From Promethearchaeota archaeon (GTDB lineage: Archaea; Asgardarchaeota; Lokiarchaeia; Sigyniarchaeales; SOKP01), in assembly GCA_048940645.1 (NCBI GenBank), contig JBHLOI010000013.1, forward strand, positions 1,602-65,601: a stretch of 64,000 nt of DNA, read 5' to 3'. This document shows positions 60,311 to 64,000 of the stretch, piece by piece. A program made the translations under genes and the position numbers. The notes beneath the pieces were generated by a model. It ran no database searches. It saw nothing but the letters and a program-made list of their open reading frames with translations, and was not told the origin of the DNA. How positions within the stretch are numbered: position 1 is the stretch's first letter; every line of letters starts with the position of its first letter.

Positions 60311-61615
60311 ATGAAGGGATTAGGAATGACAAAATTTATGACCCAAGTAATTAAAGATGAAATTCTTGAAAAACTAAATCTTGAATATAGATATAAATTT
60401 CTCAATGAAAATTTGGTACCTATTTTATCACAGGATCAATTAGATTTCCTTAAAACTATTCAAGACTTTTGCCTAAAATTTGAGAAAGATAACAATCTTA
60501 CTCATGGACCTGAAGAAGATATTTATGAATGGTATCCATATTTTGGCAAGGAAGGTTATATTACTCGTCAACATAATTTTGATGTGATTGGTGAAAATTA
60601 TAACCAATATGGTTTAGCTATGGATTTTATGAGAACATTAGCTATAGATTTCTTTGACCCTCAATTGGCTATGAGTTTTGGCGCAACTGTAATCGGAATT
60701 AACCCTATATATGAACACCATGAACAAGTTCCTGTAAGATTAGAAGCATTGAAGGAATTAGTGACTGGCCAAACTCCTGGTTGTCTTTTAATAACTGAGC
60801 CGGAAAGGGGATCTGATGCTGTGCATCAATTAACTCTATGTGAAGAACAAAGTGATGGTAGTTTTCTTCTTAATGGAGAAAAGGTATATCAAACTAATGC
60901 TCCTAAGTCCAAATGGGCAGTAGCTTATGCAACAGCAGAGAAAAATAATGGTAATATGATGGCTCAATTTCTGATTAATACCTCCTGGGAAGGATGGAAT
61001 TGTGAAAGGGTTTTAATTCCTTGGGTGCCTAAGCTTTATCTCGGAAAAGAAAATTTAGTTAATTTGAGAGTCCCGAAAGAATATGTTTTAGGAGGGGTAG
61101 GAAAGGGAAGGGATCATCTTTTTGAAGGATTAATACCAGAGAGAATTGCTATTGCATTACGAGGTGTTGCAGAAAGTTGGGGGGCATTAGCACACGCAAC
61201 TATTTATGCTAATATGAGAAAACAATTTGATAAGGAAATTTTATTCTTTCAAGGCGTAGGGTTTTTATTGACAGATTTATGGGCTAAAACTACTCACCTA
61301 ACACATGCTTTATTAAAATTTTGTGAATCTTATGATGATAAAATGAGAAAGTATGAAGGAAATTTGCCTGGAAACATTTCTGAATCAATGGTGGCAGCAG
61401 CAAGTCAATATAAATATAGTTGTGCTAAATTGAGTGAGCGTGTGTGCTATCAATGTGCTAATGTTATGGGAGGTGCAGGTTTATGCGATAATACGTTAAT
61501 GTATGACCTATTGAATATCTCTAGAATTCAAGAAATAATCGGTGGAGCTAGACAAATCCATAGTTTTATCATGTCACGCGGTTTGAGAAGGATTTTCCGC
61601 AATATATCAACTTAA
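60311..61615 (+). CDS. Acyl-CoA dehydrogenase family protein (divergent)
   Basis: ITEPERGSDA, LNGEKVYQTN, RKQFDKEI, NVMGGAG, EIIGG; start may be a downstream Met. Confidence 0.88.
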   Translation: MKGLGMTKFMTQVIKDEILEKLNLEYRYKFLNENLVPILSQDQLDFLKTIQDFCLKFEKDNNLTHGPEEDIYEWYPYFGKEGYITRQHNFDVIGENYNQYGLAMDFMRTLAIDFFDPQLAMSFGATVIGINPIYEHHEQVPVRLEALKELVTGQTPGCLLITEPERGSDAVHQLTLCEEQSDGSFLLNGEKVYQTNAPKSKWAVAYATAEKNNGNMMAQFLINTSWEGWNCERVLIPWVPKLYLGKENLVNLRVPKEYVLGGVGKGRDHLFEGLIPERIAIALRGVAESWGALAHATIYANMRKQFDKEILFFQGVGFLLTDLWAKTTHLTHALLKFCESYDDKMRKYEGNLPGNISESMVAAASQYKYSCAKLSERVCYQCANVMGGAGLCDNTLMYDLLNISRIQEIIGGARQIHSFIMSRGLRRIFRNIST

Positions 61616-61640
61616 TATCAGTGAAAAGTGATACACTAAA

Positions 61641-62864
61641 ATGAATAAAGTTGCTATAATTGGGGTTGGGCATACTAAATTTGGAGTTTTAGAAAATAAA
61701 GGTTTATTAGACTTACTATGTGAAGCCTCACTTCAAGCTCTTGAAGATTCTAATACTGATGATAAGGATTTTGATTCGGTCTATGTAGGTGCCATGAGCC
61801 CGAGTGCCTTTAACAATTTAAGCGGGATTGCAAGTTCCTTGGTTGACAGAATAGGCTTAATTCCCGCTGCAGCTGACCATATTAAAAATGGTCCTGCAAG
61901 TGGCGGTTCAGCTGTGAAAGCTGGTTTTCAAGCAATTGCTTCAGGTATGAGCGAGCTAGTATTAGTAGTTGGAGGCGAAAAAATGACTCACATCACTATC
62001 CCTGGATATATTACTTCAAATGTGGCTACTTTAACCCACCCCGATGCAGAAAGGCGCCACGGTGTTTCACTTCCTTCTTTTGCTGGAATGTTAACACGTA
62101 TTTATCTAGAAAAATATGAAGCTAAACTTGAATGGATTTCTGATATCGCAATTAAAAACCATAAAAATGGGGCATTAAATCCAAATGCTCATTTCCAGAG
62201 ACCAATTGAAGATTTTATGAAAAGTGCTATGCAAAAAGGAAAAGGTAATTGGAGTAACGTTTATGAATTCCTTGAAGATGATAATGTCAACCCGATAATT
62301 GCTGATCCGTTAAAACTTTTTCATATTTGTCCTATTTCTGATGGAGCCGCTGCTTTAGTTCTATGTAATGCTGATAAAGCAAAGGAGTATTGCGACACAC
62401 CTGTTCTAATTTCTGGTATTGGGCAAGCCACAGATACTCACATAATATTCGAACGTGAAGATATTACCACACTTAAAGCTTTAAAAATTTGTTCGGACCA
62501 AGCGTATAAAATGGCTAAAAAAGTACCAGAAGATATTGATGTGGCAGAATTACATGACGCTTTTGAAATTCTTGAAGCTGTTCAGTCAGAAGATATTGGT
62601 TTCTTTAAAAAAGGTGAAGGTGCTAAAGCAGCTAATGAAGGCTTAACTCAAATTGAAGGAAAAATTCCTATAAATCCTTCGGGCGGATTGAAAGCTAGAG
62701 GTCATCCTCTTGGTGCTACTGGTGTTGCCCAAGTTGTAGAATTAGTATGGCAATTAAGAGGAGAAGCAGGGAAAAGACAAGTTGAAGGACCTGAAACGGG
62801 GATAACCTGTAATTTTGGGGGGTTTGGGAACAATATTATATCTATTTTGGTGGAAAGGGTATAA
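61641..62864 (+). CDS. SCP2-type / archaeal thiolase-family protein
   Basis: VAIIGVGHTKFG, KNHKNGALNPNAHF, CPISDGAAA, ELHDAF, NPSGGLKARGHPLGATG. Confidence 0.9.
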   Translation: MNKVAIIGVGHTKFGVLENKGLLDLLCEASLQALEDSNTDDKDFDSVYVGAMSPSAFNNLSGIASSLVDRIGLIPAAADHIKNGPASGGSAVKAGFQAIASGMSELVLVVGGEKMTHITIPGYITSNVATLTHPDAERRHGVSLPSFAGMLTRIYLEKYEAKLEWISDIAIKNHKNGALNPNAHFQRPIEDFMKSAMQKGKGNWSNVYEFLEDDNVNPIIADPLKLFHICPISDGAAALVLCNADKAKEYCDTPVLISGIGQATDTHIIFEREDITTLKALKICSDQAYKMAKKVPEDIDVAELHDAFEILEAVQSEDIGFFKKGEGAKAANEGLTQIEGKIPINPSGGLKARGHPLGATGVAQVVELVWQLRGEAGKRQVEGPETGITCNFGGFGNNIISILVERV

Positions 62865-62901
62865 CATAAAGATAATTCTTAGAAAAATTTTAAATAGAGA
62901 C

Positions 62902-63999
62902 TTAGAGAAATCGTTTTATTTCAGTAAGGAAGAGATCTGCTATTGTAAGCCATTTTTGTTTGGTTTCTGAATCTGCTATGCTTTCACTTGTCAAGGATTT
63001 TCCCTTTTTAAGATTTTCAGTTGCTATATCGAACTGTTTGAGTTCCTTATAGCAGATTCCTAGCTTAATATAAGTTTGATTAATAAACCACTCATCGCCG
63101 ACTATTTCAATTGCCTTTAAGAATTTTTCTATAGCTTGTTCATATTCTTCATTATACATTAGGAGTTCTCCGTAGGTATCAAGATAAGTTCCATTATCAG
63201 GAGCTTTTTCTACGAGTTCTTGAATTAATTTTAATGCTTCTTCCTTTCTATTTAAATACTGCAACCAATAAACTTTATAATTAAGGAGATCATAATTTTC
63301 AGGATATTGCTCAAGTAATTCATTAATGATATCTAAACCACTTTCTATTTCTCGCATCCTTCTAAGAACTGATGCTTTTTTCATCTTAATATCAATTTCA
63401 CTTTCATGGAATATCTCTAGCATCTCATCTAATAATTGTAATACATCCTCTAATTGTTCATAATAAAGCAAAATTGAGATTTTTGAATTGTATAAATCGA
63501 TATTATCTGGATCAGAAGCGATTTTTTTGTCAATTTCTCTAACTTTTTCTTCAAATTGGTCTTTTAAATCTTCGGAACTCTGTGATTGAAATAATTCCAT
63601 CATATCTTGCCATATTATTCCTTCTAGTTTATCCATTCTCTCTTTAAATTCTACTTTCGCTTCGATCTTATACGCTAAATAATTAATGTATTCACGCAAA
63701 AATTCACTTAATGATTCTTTAAAACTTTCATTAAATAAAAGCCCACAAATATCATCTAAGATATTATTGAGAATAATACCTAAATCTAATGATTTTGAAA
63801 ATAACTTGTTTAAATAAGTAAACTTAGTTATATGTTCTTCTGTTATCGCCCGAAGCATAATCTCTACTCTATCATCTTCTTGGAAATAATAGTATTCATT
63901 TTGAGGGAGAATTAATTTAAAGAAGTTTATTGGATAGATTTTTTTATCAACGATCTCATTAACATAATACTCTAATTTGGATTTCTCAATACTATATTT
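62902..63999 (-). CDS. TPR-repeat protein (5' end beyond the window)
   Basis: TPR helices (DPDNIDLY, YPENYDLL, APDNGTYLDTYGE, YIKLGICY); frame stays open from 63858 to the window edge. Confidence 0.85.
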   Translation of the reverse strand, partial: KYSIEKSKLEYYVNEIVDKKIYPINFFKLILPQNEYYYFQEDDRVEIMLRAITEEHITKFTYLNKLFSKSLDLGIILNNILDDICGLLFNESFKESLSEFLREYINYLAYKIEAKVEFKERMDKLEGIIWQDMMELFQSQSSEDLKDQFEEKVREIDKKIASDPDNIDLYNSKISILLYYEQLEDVLQLLDEMLEIFHESEIDIKMKKASVLRRMREIESGLDIINELLEQYPENYDLLNYKVYWLQYLNRKEEALKLIQELVEKAPDNGTYLDTYGELLMYNEEYEQAIEKFLKAIEIVGDEWFINQTYIKLGICYKELKQFDIATENLKKGKSLTSESIADSETKQKWLTIADLFLTEIKRFL

Positions 64000-64000
64000 G

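Overview
AT-rich archaeal chromosome segment. Archaeal-type LeuRS, aIF-1A, an Sm protein, an intron-containing tRNA, a longin-like protein, an IPGY-type C-terminal sorting motif and multi-PAS kinases together point to Asgard archaea, most likely Lokiarchaeia (inference). Most of the window is metabolic: tungsten AOR with two ubiquitin-like proteins, a CoA transferase and CoA ligases, acyl-CoA dehydrogenases with EtfAB, thiolases, UroD/MtaA-family enzymes, and katG with a divergent Fur/PerR gene. The strongest unexplained signals are: (1) an unannotated 29-codon leader ORF ending in five consecutive Leu codons, followed by mutually exclusive RNA helices, directly upstream of leucyl-tRNA synthetase, which looks like a leucine-sensing ribosome-dependent attenuator in an archaeon; (2) a three-gene cluster encoding a mu-homology-domain-like protein, a BBS2/ITFG2-like cytoplasmic beta-propeller and a longin-like protein, a possible proto-adaptor/coat module; (3) a clean 31-nt insertion interrupting an otherwise intact CaiB CoA-transferase gene; (4) a conserved 3'-UTR hairpin shared by two tandem cold-shock genes. 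All calls were made by eye from motifs; no database search was run.
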